Shown: positions 40,729 to 54,407, numbered from the whole stretch's first letter. The stretch: DNA of 61,954 nt, filler included, from Choristocarpus tenellus KU-1152 (GCA_964200185.2; 11 parts of 11 records of this genome joined end to end with filler, not necessarily neighbours in it); one strand, 5' to 3'. The notes: a model not told the origin generated them from the letters alone. Program-made: numbers and translations.

Positions 40729-42160
40729 CATGACAAAGAAAAGTGTGGTGGCGTGATATTTGGAGGTGAAAGGGCGCGAGACTCGGATGCCTCAGGGGAC
40801 GGCGGTGGCCATCACTGAGGACTTTGGAGTCTCCTGAATCCCCGTGTTCTGTCATCTAAACGAGTATGGCAGGCAGATCGCACGGGGTGAACGCATGGAT
40901 CTTGTACAACGTTGCAAGGGGTGGTGTGTCTGCCATACAAGTATCCTCGACGGTTGGGATGTCACATCGGTGCACTGCACATCATTCCGCAAATGGGCGG
41001 GCAAAGCTGGGGTCTCCCTTACCTCGTTATGGGATCTGTGCAAGCATGAGAAGGTGAAGAATCTCAAGCGGTGGATTAGGCCAGTCCTCCCAGACCAGCA
41101 GAAGGTCAACAGGGTGGTTTTTGTCGTCAGCCACGCGCACAGAAGGGGGGAAAGTGGGACATTAGTGGACGATCTATATGAATAGATGTATGTGGACGAG
41201 AAGTGGTTTTACATCCTCAAATATGTTCAAGGTGTATACTGGGCACGGAAGAAGCGTAACATTTTGAAGGTGATATTCTTCACATCTGTAGCCTGCCCTA
41301 GAAAGGTCTCCAACGGGGTGTGGTTGGATGGGAAAATCGGGATCTGGCCAATCGTGGACACTAAAGTTGCTCAGTGGTCCAGTAAAGAGTAAAATAATCT
41401 TAGAGGGTACGAGTTTTGCTTTGTTTGTCCTTTTGGGACTTGGCTTTCCACCATTTTTTCAAGACTTTTTTCCTATTCCGAAATGTTTCGGAATTGGTAA
41501 AATGCATACGTTTTGGAGTAGGTTTCATGTGTTAAAACTATGATAAGGTGTGTTTGGAACAAGGATATTGACTCTTCCTCACAACCACGATAGCCAACAT
41601 TGCATCAAGATCGCAACATTTGATTTTTTGCCCCCAAATGGACCCGGCCATACCCTCTACGATACATTCTCTCAAACACTCCCTAACGTCACGAAGGTGC
41701 CTGTGCCAGGCACGGTGGACGGGGAGGGTCATAAGAAGCACATGATCGAGGATATCATCCCAGGAATCTAGGCCCGCATGCCTAGACTGGAAGGACGCAT
41801 CATCTTCATGCACAGGATGGGTCAAAGCCACACATGGATAATGGAGCCATCAGTGTGGGGGGCAACATTGTCATAGATACCCAGCCAGTCAACTCACCTG
41901 ACCTCAACGTCAATGGTCTGGGACTCTTTCACTCCACCCAGCAACCGAAGGAAGACGTGGGGGTGACCAACACAGAGGAGGTGGTGGAGTCCACAATGGA
42001 GAGGTTCAATATTTACCCTCAGGAGACACCAGAGTACATCTGGTAGAGGCTCTTGCAGTCTGCAGTGAAGTGGTGGGGTCAAAGGGTGGCAACGTCTTCA
42101 ATATTCCCCATCTTAGCAAGGAAAAGGCTGAGAAGGGGGGCAAGCTCCTTCCAAATCCCC
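40729..42160 (+). mobile_element. Decayed Tc1/mariner (plant-type DD39D-like) transposase, interrupted by a MITE
   Basis: Motifs VDEKWFY, KVIFFTSVACPR, DGKIGIWP, QPVNSPDLNV and GGNVFNIPHLSK; multiple stops and frameshifts. Confidence 0.88.
41387..41673. mobile_element. MITE family B copy nested in the mariner transposase
   Basis: gagtaaaataatcttagagggtacgag ... ccccaaatggac...taccctctacgatacattctctc. Transposase motifs continue on both sides. Confidence 0.85.
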
Positions 42161-42424
42161 TGGTTGATGCAGTGGAAAGCAGTTTTAGAATGGAGTTTAG
42201 GAGGGCTTCGGGAACGGAATTTTAGATAGAGGTGTAGGCTGCCCCATTTTGTTTGAGATTTCGGTGGGCAACCTTTTAGTCTTTATACAAATACATCCAT
42301 AAAATATAAACATGTGGAATAATCTTGCCTTTTCATTGTGGCTACAATAGGTATATACATTTAGTTCCGAATGGAGGAAGTGGTTAATTTACTTACGTTA
42401 TCAGTTGAAAGCATCCATCATTTG

Positions 42425-42496
42425 GCATGGATCGTATAGTGGCTAGTACACCACATTGTGGCTGTGGCAACCCGGGTTCGATTCCCGGTCCGTGCA
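42425..42496 (+). tRNA. trnH-GTG: tRNA-His (GTG)
   Basis: Acceptor stem GCATGGA/TCCGTGC plus A73; D-arm gtatagtggctagtac; anticodon arm ccaca-ttGTGgc-tgtgg; T-arm ccggg-ttcgatt-cccgg; 72 nt. Confidence 0.93.
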
Positions 42497-45400
42497 CTTG
42501 ATGGTCTTACGTTGGTTCAGTGATCTGAGGTCCGATTCCCAACTGACAACTATTTGTGATGGAATTATCTCTTCAACCATCGTGTTTTACCTAGTGACCG
42601 CAATAAACGGACTAAGATCGAGGTGGCAACGTCAACGTGTCTGTACCTACGGGAAGATTTTTAGGCAGCGGAGAGTCTGTCGTGGGAGTACACTGAACCA
42701 AACACACCAGAAACAAACCATGAGTGGAGGCAGCACACGTAGTTGCATAGTGTTGGCAGTCGCCTCTTGCATCAACTTTTTCGTGCCGTAACTTTTTTTG
42801 ATTAACAATTTTTTTTCATGAAAATTCATTTTTCGTAATCGCATCAGCATGCTTAACCTTATTTGATGGGTCTCGGTTGGCCAACTTGCAGTAATCGTGA
42901 GAAATACAGGACCATACTTAAATCAAGTAGTCCCTGCGCATGTTTCGCACTTGGGGGGGCCACGCGGCGCGCACGAACCTCGCATTTAAGAATGATTTTG
43001 ACGCCTGAAGAGGTCATTTTCACCCGGAGAACATGGGCGTTGTTGTCGCTCCATTTTCTTTCTATTATTTCCCGTTTATGCGATGTTGTTACCTGCTCAC
43101 TCATGGGGGCCCAGGCCTCTGAACCCGACAATCCATACCAGGTCAAATAATGAGGTATTCTGAAGGTGCAGGCCTCCTGTGAGACTTAAATGTCTTCCGC
43201 ACCCTGTCCAATTTGGTGTACTCCGTGCCTTTCTCGTTGGAATGTATCAGATGGTAAGCAATACTCAACCTGAAGAACCTCTCCACAATTACTCTGGACA
43301 GCAGACCATCTCTATNNNNNNNNNNNNNNNNNNNNNNNNNNNNNNNNNNNNNNNNNNNNTTAATTAATTAANNNNNNNNNNNNNNNNNNNNNNNNNNNNN
43401 NNNNNNNNNNNNNNNGGGGGGGGGGGGGGGGGGGCTCTGGCAAGGATTTGGACCATCCACACATATCATCACTTCCACCCTGACCTAGAGCTATCCTCTT
43501 GCTGATCCTACGAGAAGTTTCTACAAGAGTCATGAATGAGATCGATGATGAGATTTGGGGGTGGTGGGGGTGGGGGCGGGTGCTCCTTTGTTTGTGAAAA
43601 CCATGTACCTACAGCATCACTTCCACCCCAACTAAACATTGTTGTCACTCTACAGCCTACAATGAATGACAACAAAGATTTGAACCCTGACCCTAATCCA
43701 TTGTTAGCATGTGGAACTCCCACAACATTTACAACCATCCTCCTATTTCAGTTTTCCTGCCGAGGCTCTCAGTGAGGATGTGTTTTGTGAGTTGTGTGTT
43801 AAAACATAGGCTACTCGTTTGTTTTTCTTGATATGATACAGTAACACCAGTCAGCACTGACTGAGTGAAAGAACAACAAAATACAAGGGCATCATGTAGC
43901 TTTTTGGTAGGACGGGACAGTGTGTGATCAATGCATTCTCTCCATCTGCAAAATCCTATGCAGGAGAGTATTGTAGGAGACCTTTGTGGTGATTGGAGCA
44001 GAGCTTCGTGCATGGTGGACCTGGCAGGAGGAGAGCATCCATCTCATCATTCCTCGTACACATATTTGACAGTGTTTTTCTTCACCATATTTTTTCGAGA
44101 GGTTTCAGGTCAGGCTGCAGTTCCAACCCATGCAGTTCCAGTCACTGGATGAGTCCTACAAGCAGAACGATAAGTTTGTTTACCTGTTTACCTTGGGGGA
44201 ACCATGAGTGATGGTATTGCTACTATTACTGCTGAGATCAGCTGGAAGACGTGGAAAGGTTGGAGTTGTTTTTTCCAATATACAGCCAAAGTGCTTTAAA
44301 ATGCTGCTTTCTGATCTTCTCTTTTTGAGTTGGTGTCCTTCCATGCATGATCCATTGTTCATCACTTCCTTTTTCCTATCTTGTTATTTTATCAATATTT
44401 TGAGGTACTAGTAGTTTCCTTCTGCAGACTCTCTATATTCCTCCTCTTCTAATCCTTTCTTTTCCATCCCTTCTATCATTTTGTTCACGATTTTTTCACT
44501 GCTTCTTGTTTTTCTTCTTTTTGTGATCCTTGTTGCCTTTTCTCAAGCAGTCTTGATTATGTATTGCCTTCTTCGGACTACCGTTTGGACCACACGTTTT
44601 GGATCCCTCATCAAGCTAATGTGATGACAATGACAATAGGCTCAAGGTTGAACTGGTTGGCGAAGAAGCCAATACAAACTACTTGAGAGATGCAGGGTAT
44701 ATGATACTAGGTTAGAAGACGAGAAGGTTCCTACATGTTAACCGTTGTTTAGAGCAAAGAAAATGAAAGGTACCCAGGTTTTGGTCGTTTCTCATTGTAT
44801 GCGGCATAGGTAGAATGTTTTGCATTTCATCCTCGTTATTTCTAAGGGCGAAGTGATAAGTTGAGTTGAGAGCATCGATTTCTCTATTGTTCGAAAAATT
44901 TCATCAGAATTCAGAAAAATCTCACTAGGTTCTAGAAAAAAAATCCGCATTATTCACAACTGTCACTATCCTTAAAATGGAACCCTGAGGTGACTGCAAG
45001 GGTGCACTTGCTTCACGCTAGCATCCTCCCATCCCCATGCCTATAGTAACAAATTCACTTGAAAACGAAGTGCTCTCTGCTCGTACATTGCGTGGACTGG
45101 TGCTTTGTGTGTGCGATGCTTGGCTTCCCTTTCATGTTCGTTGCAATCAATCGACATGTTTATATTGAGAGGTTGATTGGTGACAACTTCGCTTCAACAA
45201 CACTTGCAAGAACGGTAGCCAAAGTCAGTTTCGCAACAACATGCACACACCATCTGATAACATTGCACTACTTAATATCAATTTGAGTGAACTGGACTGA
45301 ACATTGAATATAGTAAACCGTCACCCCAACCCTTCATTTCACAACACTGTTCCTGCATTGAGGTATGTTAAAAACACACTGTAGGATTTGCTGTTGGTAT

Positions 45401-46167
45401 CTCATGCCACTGTGACGATCACAGAGTTCAACTTATCTCACGTTCTCACTTAAACTATAAACATTGCTTGGGTATCAACAAGGGAGTGTTAATTCACCTA
45501 CCATGAAGTACGAAGTAGTATCTAGCATCGTCTGATTCAAGTAATATACCCAAGGATCAAAGCAATCTTGTACTACCCCATCTGTAGGTTACATCAAAGT
45601 AAGGAGAAGCTGACTACTCAAGGTTGCAAGGCTTCGTTGCAGAACAATGTTGAGGCGACTACTGCCCAAGAATTGAGCAAGGAGATGTTTCGGCAAGGGG
45701 TGGAATGGCTGAAACCAATATGTTAGAAGCAAGGCATGAATGGAGTCAGTGCAATTTGTTGAAGTGCAAAAGTAGTTCAGTAACCATATGGGGTAGTGTA
45801 AGAAGTAGTGCAGTGTGTAGTACCTGTGACCATAGGTCAGAATGATCCCCTGACTAGAATGGAGAATGCTCAGTTATAGTAAGAATGAATAAAACTCTTT
45901 ACATTCCACACAACTTTGTCTGGTGTGTGTGATGCATGAAATATATTGCATCACAAGATTTTTTCATCTGGTAGCAATGTGAAGAAATACACGCCTTGCT
46001 CCATACATACCCAGTTGTTGGTGTCCCACCAATGGGCAGACTGTACAGGTCGTAGATGATAGTCTGTTCTACATTGTGATCAAACACAGGCCAACCCAAG
46101 CATCAGCCCATTTCATGGGCGAAAAACGTGGACTAGCAAGTATCTTGGACCTCATTCTGGGCCACAA

Positions 46168-46343
46168 GGCTCAAAGTATCTGGGGGGGCGGCAGCTGTCC
46201 ATTTGGGGGTCAATTTTTTCATGTCTCAATTTTTGGTTGATTTGGTTGCATATGTCGGATGGATGCTGTAAATGCACCTTTCCTGATTTTGGTCCAAATG
46301 GACACCCTGGTGTTGCCCCCCCCCCCTACAGATACTTTGGGTC
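46168..46343. mobile_element. MITE family A copy, TSD ACAA
   Basis: acaa|ggctcaaagtatctggg ... cagatactttgggtc|acaa. Confidence 0.92.
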
Positions 46344-46492
46344 ACAAGGTATTTGAACAGACCAGCAGTTATTCATTCAACAGTCAAGTTGGTTCGCTTC
46401 TCAGGAAAGCACAGCATCTTATCTGTGTGAAATGCTGCATACAACAGTAGTGAAATGATTGTATGGTTGCAAGGGATGATATTTTGAGTGGT

Positions 46493-46651
46493 ATAGGGTG
46501 GAATATGAACAAAATATCCATTCAACTTGACTATGAAATTTGGCATAAATGCCTCAGTCACACTCTCCTACGAAATAGGGTGAAATATGAACAAATATTC
46601 CTTCAACTTGACTACAAAGTTTGGCACAAATGCCTCAGTCACACTCTCCTA
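46493..46651. repeat. ~80-bp diverged tandem duplication
   Basis: atagggtg-aatatgaacaaa...ttcaacttgacta...tttggca-aaatgcctcagtcacactctccta occurs twice. Confidence 0.85.
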
Positions 46652-47186
46652 CTAACAATCCTCAAGCTGTAGCGACTCTTGCCTGAGCTTTTTTTCAGTC
46701 TTACTATCAGTATCCTCCAAAATCACCTCCACACCAGAAAAGTGATATTTTCGGTTGGAAGGATGTTTTAAGTTGGACGAGAATCCGCTGACATTGTCAA
46801 AGGACCATCACTGAGGCTCCAGACACTCTTCTTCTCCAACTTGAAGTTTTGGCGATCTCTGTAATGTTTCCATCTTACTGCTTCCATACAGATCAATACT
46901 CCATTACACATTTCATGCAGGCAGTAGTCAGACACGCATTGATCCCTGGTAGATCATGGTCGTTCAGTTGAAATTATGGGACTCAGACAGTATCTTTTCC
47001 TGTGCATTGCCAAAGCACACAGGGAGGTCTGCAGGGGACAGTGACTGCAATCAAAGTTCAGAGCATCTTGGCAAGGCACGCCTGTTCACTGCGAGACAGA
47101 CTTAGTCATTTGAAACTCTACCACTAGTGCAGCCCTTCTTGCTTCTAGATTGTTCTCTTCAACTACTTCAACGAAGTATATTATTG

Positions 47187-47199
47187 GGGTCAAAGTATC

Positions 47200-47230
<31 letters not shown>
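47187..47230. mobile_element. MITE family A terminus at contig edge
   Basis: gggtcaaagtatctgggg running into low-quality homopolymers. Confidence 0.6.
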
Positions 47231-50200
47231 GGTTTTTTTTTTTTTTTTTTTTGTGTTTTGTGGGGGAGGGGGTGGGGGGGGGGNNNNNNNNNNNNNNNNN
47301 NNNNNNNNNNNNNNNNNNNNNNNNNNNTTAATTAATTAANNNNNNNNNNNNNNNNNNNNNNNNNNNNNNNNNNNNNNNNNNNNGTCGTGTGAGGCTTCAC
47401 ACCTTCTTATCTTCACTACTAACAAATAGCATTACCTCCCAAGGTAATTTGCACAGTTGCCAGTGAGGTGTAGGCACACTAATGGAAGAGCATATTCGCC
47501 ATATCTTTGTCGAAGGACTAGAAACAAACAGCAACAAAAATGGAACGTACACTACACTCCCCCCTCTGTCCCTTTAGTTTAATTGATAAGAGTGTGGATC
47601 TCGCAGCTCCCATTGCCAACATTTTCCACACATTGAAAGGCTGCTAAAGGGAAGTTACCCCATGTGCTCACATCGACCTTGACTGAAACCCTCATGTTGT
47701 CCATTTGAGTGGCAGGAGGTAGATTGGAATAGTTTTCATTGGGACGATTGACACCAAATCACACTTTCAGGCTCCTTGAGAGGGGCTCATCACACTACTG
47801 ATAATAGTGGTATATTGTGGACCATGAGTGGACTCTCATGGGAAGCATGGGGGGAATGTGAACCGTAGTAGGCATAAGAATGGATACTTGGGACCTTGAT
47901 TGGGGTGAATTTTTGTGCAAGAATCAGCGTCTTGCTGAGTAAATGATGCTACAGTATCTCGGTGAGGGCAGGCACAAAAACGTTCAGGTTGTGGACAAGT
48001 CAGGGTAACTTGAGTTTATAGCCCGTTACTCGAGCTGTAGAATGACTTGAGGAAGGGAAGGCAATCTCTCTGAAGACCAGAGGAGTGCAAATAGGTCTAG
48101 TCCACGCAACCTTGCACTGAGAAAAAGGATGATGACTCAAGGAAAGAGAGGGATGGTATTGGGCAGTGAATAGGAACAGGTGTAATTCCAAACAATAGGC
48201 AACACTGCAAACTGCTCGCTCCAGACCAAATTATCTTGTGTCCACAGTTCACCCAGGTGTACCCCCTGGCAATTACTTACATCGTCCTTCACTCTTTCTT
48301 GTTCACTTTATAGTTATGCTCGCACTCACAGTATAGCAGACTACGATTGGCAGAAACCTTCATGCCACCTGCGCCACATCCTCAGTGCCATTCCAGCCTC
48401 CCCCACACATTCCTGACTCTTCTCACTTCCTAGGTACAAGAATAATTGGGTTGAAAATCACCTGCGCTCTATCCTTCCTCTTCAAAGAATGAAAACACAA
48501 GAAGCAATACACTTGCTCTTGTTCCTGGGAATTGAGAAGAGCCAGGGACATGTCGGAGTGATGCTGGTGACGTTGGAATGACCACCAGAATGTATCGGGA
48601 TGAAGCAATCATGATAAAAAAAAAGGGTTCTGCGAATCACAGTCTGCAATACTGTGAGTCTTTTGTGTATAATGAGAAAGCTGACAAGAAAGGGCGAACA
48701 ACAATCCAAGCAGTGGTAGGTGGAGTGCACACCTTGGTGAAATATGAACTCGACAAGTAATCTTTCAATGGGGAGGAAGCAGTTTGTGGTGTCCATTGCC
48801 TACTGTTTTGAGTCAATATATGTGGAAGGTGTGAACCTGCTCCTATCCACTACCCTTACCTTCATTTGAAAGACGTAAAAGTGCTTATGAAACTTGATTA
48901 TTAATGACACTCCATACACAAATTAGTAAGAGAAATACCTACCAACAACACTCGATACTTCATATCCCAAGGGCAAACACAAAGTACACACTCAGAACAC
49001 AAAATACTTTCGGGGGAGGAAAAGAAGAGGCAATAGTCAGTGTTGCTCTAGACTAACAACTAACCATGGGACTACATTCCACCTAACACTGCACCAGAAC
49101 ATTACGATACTCATACAAAATAAGACCCACACTATCAAACCTTCACTACAACAGTACCGCACACTTATAGCAATAATTTGATGCAACTTCACCTTGGTTG
49201 CATAAATTATCATGACCGTTATATTATTAATGTGCACATAATACATTGGGGTGATAGAGGGCCTGCACAAACAGAATTTTTTTTATTAGACCTTCAGAGG
49301 GACATCAATTGAGACAAGAATAAAAGGCAAGTCAGAATCCAACCTCTACAAACGTGTCCAAGACGAAAACGAAAAAGGAATTTCTGGTGTGCTGTGTCAC
49401 TGCACACCGTTCACACAACATTCGAACAATCACCCACTATTCACAAGTCCTTTTCGCCAATTGACCGGCCAAAATACACAAGAACTCATTGCCTACAGCT
49501 TGCCTACAACGTTTGAGGTGCTTTCACACGCCCATCCATGTTGAAGACACCCCTACAGGTGTATGACCCCTAACCTTTTCTACATTATCACTGGAATCAA
49601 CTTCTCAAGGGTAACAGATAACAAATCGAGTGCACACCAATAAAGACTATAAATTAATATCAGGGACTTTGAAATAGTCAAGAATGCACACTGCAGAATA
49701 TAGATCAATACCTCATACCATACACAACTCCCATGTCATCACCACAAAACCTCTACGTACTGCTTTGTGTAACATACTCCAAAACACAGAAGGTCAAAAC
49801 AAGGGGTAGGGATACCATCTCACACCTTTCCTCTAGGTGCAGGGTGTGGGAGCATAGAACCGCTCCTTCAGAGGCCGTCAAGCCATGCCCAAGTTGCTTC
49901 TGTCCATGCTGCCAATACTATTCACAATNNNNNNNNNNNNNNNNNNNNNNNNNNNNNNNNNNNNNNNNNNNNTTAATTAATTAANNNNNNNNNNNNNNNN
50001 NNNNNNNNNNNNNNNNNNNNNNNNNNNNTGAGTCAAACCCATCCTCCATAGTATGCTCCATCCTCAATTTTGGTGATCGGCTGTTAAGTGGGGGGTAGGG
50101 AGACCAACCAATAGCAGCACTCTTCGGTCTTGGAAGAAGTCCAAGACTGATAAAATCCTTCACCTAGTCTGCTCCATGCTTGTCGACCAACATGGGTAGA

Positions 50201-50301
50201 ACGAGGGAGAAGGAGACAGATACACTTGGAAGGGTCTCGCCGCTTGGTTTTTGGACGAGGATAAGATGTTTGCGCCATAGGCAAGGGCGCTGTGAGAGTT
50301 A

Positions 50302-52663
50302 ATGTCCGAGGAGATAAGTGAATCTGCAACCGACATGCAGGTCAGGACCTTCCTCGAATCGTTGAAGAAGGATCTTAACACAGAACATAATCGCCTGGTA
50401 TACCACTCAATCCTCACAGCCATTGCTCCCGATGTTAAAGTACTCGACGACTGGGTGACATCCACGTACCAACTCAGTCTGTCCAACACACCCAAGAAAT
50501 ACAACATCAAGATCGACACCCTCAGATCCTCGGCAATTAAGCGCACAGAATTCATCCGCGATAAGGAGCGTTTCAGTGCTATGCCTGTACATGGTATTGG
50601 AGAGCAGTGACCCACTTCTGACACACACGGCCTATAGACCTCTGCACCACCTCCCACCAGGCAAGTAAGGGTGTCCACCTCAATGGAATAAGTTTTTTTC
50701 GGTTAGGGTTCGAACCCAGAGACCCAACACCCCCGTAAAAACAATACCTTCCACCAGGGTTCGAACATGGAACACCGTATCCTGTACACTCCTAAAAAAC
50801 TTTCATCACCAAAAAACAACAAACAACATCCACCCCTTCACCCAACATTCCCTCGTTATTCTTCGCCGTGATTGTTAGAATGAAGAAGGACAGGGCAAGG
50901 ATATCCGACGAAATAGGAGACAGTTCCTCGTGACGGTTCGATGTGCAGCAACATGAAACAGACGTCCTTGGCCTAACCGTGTGGGAGAGCAACAGCACGG
51001 TCATGCCCCATGACCCGATCACTTCTCACGATTCCGCTGAGGGAATGCACTCCTTGGACCCTAACACCAATAAAATGGTGTGCCACCCAAATGCACTTTG
51101 TCAGTAACACAGTCAGGAGGTACTGTATTCAAACCACATATATATAAAGATGTATATATAAATAAATATAAATAGAAAGCGAAGTGCTTATATTCTTCCT
51201 GCCCACAACCTGCTCCTTCACCCTCACACATTGTGTACAATCTTCTCCTGGAAATCCAAGAACATACATACAACGAAAAAAACTTTAACCCCCTCGTACG
51301 CGTTCAACAGGGTACAGATTGGGACCAGTGACGATGTTTACGCAAACTTCAAAGAGAGGTTTGAGATGGAGGCAACATCTGGACTGATACCATGCCTGTC
51401 CACGTTCGTGAAGTGGAGACCCTTCTACATCACCAAGGCAACTAAAAAGTGTGTAGAGAAACACAACCGTTTCACTTAATTGTTCCAGCAGACGTAAAAC
51501 ATAGGACCGCACCAATTCTCAACACTTTCCATGTAGTCCACCAACTCATCTGCGATATACATATCGATCTTTACCCCTTGCCCAGTCATGACAAAACAAT
51601 CGGGACCCCCCAAACTTATCTCTTGCGTATCATGCAGGACATGAATTTGCGTTCACCACTTGACCAACGACCTATTGGTCCAATGCCTGAGGGAAAACTG
51701 TAACAAAGTACACTTGAGAACAACGGCGGTTGGTGACAATGGCCAACGCACTTGCGCCTGTACCTGTGACTTCAGTGACAAGAGCAAAGGATGCGGTTCT
51801 CAAGATGTGAAGACTGCACTCGAGAGTGCTTTCAATATGATGGACTTCCTCCTGTAAGTAATTTTATGCTGGTCTGAAGCTACAACAACGTTCAACCAAC
51901 GCTAAACCATGACAACATCTATACCATGTATACCATGTGCACATACCATCCTCTCCCATGCACCAAAATGCAAACAAAATGGCTTCTCTCAATCCACGTT
52001 TTAACATGTTCATGTTAACGTCTGCAACTTGCCCCTGCTCTTCGCACACACAATGTCATATAATGTGTCCAAGTCGGGACGTAAATGAGCCCCCCCACCA
52101 CGATTCCGATCTGACTACCCAGGTGTGAGAGGACCATCCTGGAGTCCGTTGGTGAGCAGTACAAGGGTGGTTCAGAAGGTGGTTATAAAACTTCTTGCAT
52201 GGATGGTACATGCAACATTTGCGACTGGACTAAGCGCCCCATATGGAAGTGCCCTTGTATGATCAACGCCCACAGTACCACGGTAACATGGAAATAGTTT
52301 GTCCACGCATACACCCCGATTGTGGAGGGGGACCTAGAAGGAAAGACTCCAAACGAGATCAAGATACGTGTGAGGCGTGACTATCTAACCCTAACCCAAT
52401 AGCACCATGTGTCGATTAACATTCACAATCTCCCCACTGTTGTAATACCGGACAGGTTACTCTGGCCCCCATGTTTTTTGGAAAAAAACCCTTTCATTTC
52501 AATAACACGCCCACCGCCAACACTGCACACAATCCCTGTCTTCAACTTGCCATGCCTAAGCACTGTCCTTTGGTTTTGGGTTCGCCACCCCCAACGGTAC
52601 AACGAAGGATGAAATCATCGAGAGGATCAAGGCGAAGTACACGGTATTCAGGGCCAAGAATCT
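50302..52663 (+). mobile_element. Decayed, apparently intron-containing DNA transposase, Sola2-like
   Basis: Ordered peptides HSILTAIAP, DDVYANFKERF...CLSTFVKWRPFYITK, TCACTC, SCMDGTCNIC...VTWK and TKDEIIERIKAKYTVF resemble the N-terminal Cys-rich half of Sola2 transposases as I recall them. Stops are present and the catalytic triad is not seen. Confidence 0.5.
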
Positions 52664-52704
52664 GGCTCAAAGTATCTGTGAGGGGGTGGCGGCTGTCCAT
52701 TTGG
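52664..52704. mobile_element. MITE family A left terminus interrupting the transposase remnant
   Basis: ggctcaaagtatctgtgagggggtggcggctgtccatttgg, then the linker. Confidence 0.8.
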
Positions 52705-52805
52705 NNNNNNNNNNNNNNNNNNNNNNNNNNNNNNNNNNNNNNNNNNNNTTAATTAATTAANNNNNNNNNNNNNNNNNNNNNNNNNNNNNNNNNNNNNNNN
52801 NNNNA

Positions 52806-53324
52806 TGTATCTACTCTGTGCATTACGAGGGTCAATATGATGACACCTCCTTGCCACCTGAGCTGAGGTCATTCATGACAGAGGACGAGATCGAGGAGGG
52901 GGTCGAACAACTAAAGGAGAAGGAGAAAAGGGACCGTGATCAGACTGCAGCCCAGCGTGCCAACAAACGCAAGGCGCGGATGACTCTACAGGCAAATCGT
53001 AGGGAGGAGGAGAAGGATACCGGGACATACATCCTCCTCAAACCATCATTGAAGATTGTACCAGTTTTGGACGGGGAAGGGACACTTCATTCTAGAGCCA
53101 AGGGCAGGCGAATGTACTTTCGGATGGACGAGCAGTGGATACAAGGGACCGTCACCAAATACCAGCCTCGCCAAACTGAGCCAGTGGGAGAGGAGCGACT
53201 CAGCTACCCCTATGAGGTCAAATGGGAGAATGGCGAGATGCGAAATATCAATCTTTTTCAACAACTATACAGCACGGAGCCCAACGCGGAGCCGAGATCC
53301 TGGTTCTGGACCAGTCCCATATGA
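52806..53324 (+). CDS. C-terminal fragment of a protein with a charged helix and a Tudor/SH3-like barrel; probably transposon-encoded
   Basis: Frame open from the contig edge for 172 codons. Contains GRRMYFRMDEQWIQGTVTKY...YEVKWENGEMRNINL. A family-A-type TIR lies 1.1 kb downstream. Confidence 0.6.
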   Translation, partial: CIYSVHYEGQYDDTSLPPELRSFMTEDEIEEGVEQLKEKEKRDRDQTAAQRANKRKARMTLQANRREEEKDTGTYILLKPSLKIVPVLDGEGTLHSRAKGRRMYFRMDEQWIQGTVTKYQPRQTEPVGEERLSYPYEVKWENGEMRNINLFQQLYSTEPNAEPRSWFWTSPI

Positions 53325-54407
53325 CCGCGATATGGAACGGAGGATTGCAGCGAGTCCGACGCGCTACCATCTTTTCGAAATTCGTGGTCGTCTGTCACTC
53401 CCTCCCCTCATCTAAGGGGAGACATCATGCCTCCCGTTGGGCATCCTGTCCTACATCATAGTTGAGGTCGGACGTGTGCTGTCGAGGCAGGGGTCATTTC
53501 TTCCATTTAAATTACACAAGAGTGTAATGTCTATATCTCCTTCCTTTTTTAGGCGTACGTGTGCAGCCCCACCTTTTCATTTTGTGTTGATTTTTACATA
53601 TAGACGGTTCCAAACCTGTTTCTTGGTCAATTACATTCATTACGACTACTGGTATATATTACATGGTGTGTTGAAGTTAGAAATGTATATGTATAGAGTT
53701 TTTACATCGAAAAAATTAATTTAGTTCTCTGTGTGTTTGCTAGAAAAAGCATATATTCTCACATCGCAAATAATAATACACATCACTGCAGAAAATAATT
53801 CGTTGCACACCCCCCTTCTAAAGTGTGGTCTTCTATATGCGGCGTTCCTCCTTCCACCCTTAACAGACGGAGACAACAATCAACATCGCACATTCCCCTC
53901 TCCCATAAAACACTCTTGTTAGACTTTGGTATCACATGCCCCCCCTCCACAAAGGACATAATTTACATACCTCCAAAATACACAAACGTCACGCAATTAC
54001 CCCCGTCGAAAAAACTCATCCCCTCGCACACCCTCAACTTACATGGAATCCAAACAAATTCCTTATCCCTTCTTACCCCTCACCATTTCACGAGGCCCTC
54101 TCCATCAATTGACAATCGCATATCGCTTTATGCTGGAAATGACAATCCCTAAACACCCACCTCAATTAGCACTCATCCCACTCCAGTAAGGCGATGCGAG
54201 ATGATCCAACCCGATCCACACTCCACGATATACTAACCACCCAAACACCCCACCAGATAAATCGACCTCCAAAAAGGCCACTTTTCGAACATCCGAAGCT
54301 CCAAGTACGTACAATAGATGCAGACTATGCAATATTCCACCCCAACCTGGCACTCCATTTATGCGTTTTTCACAACATATTCATACCATTTCCAGCACAT
54401 ATAGGAG

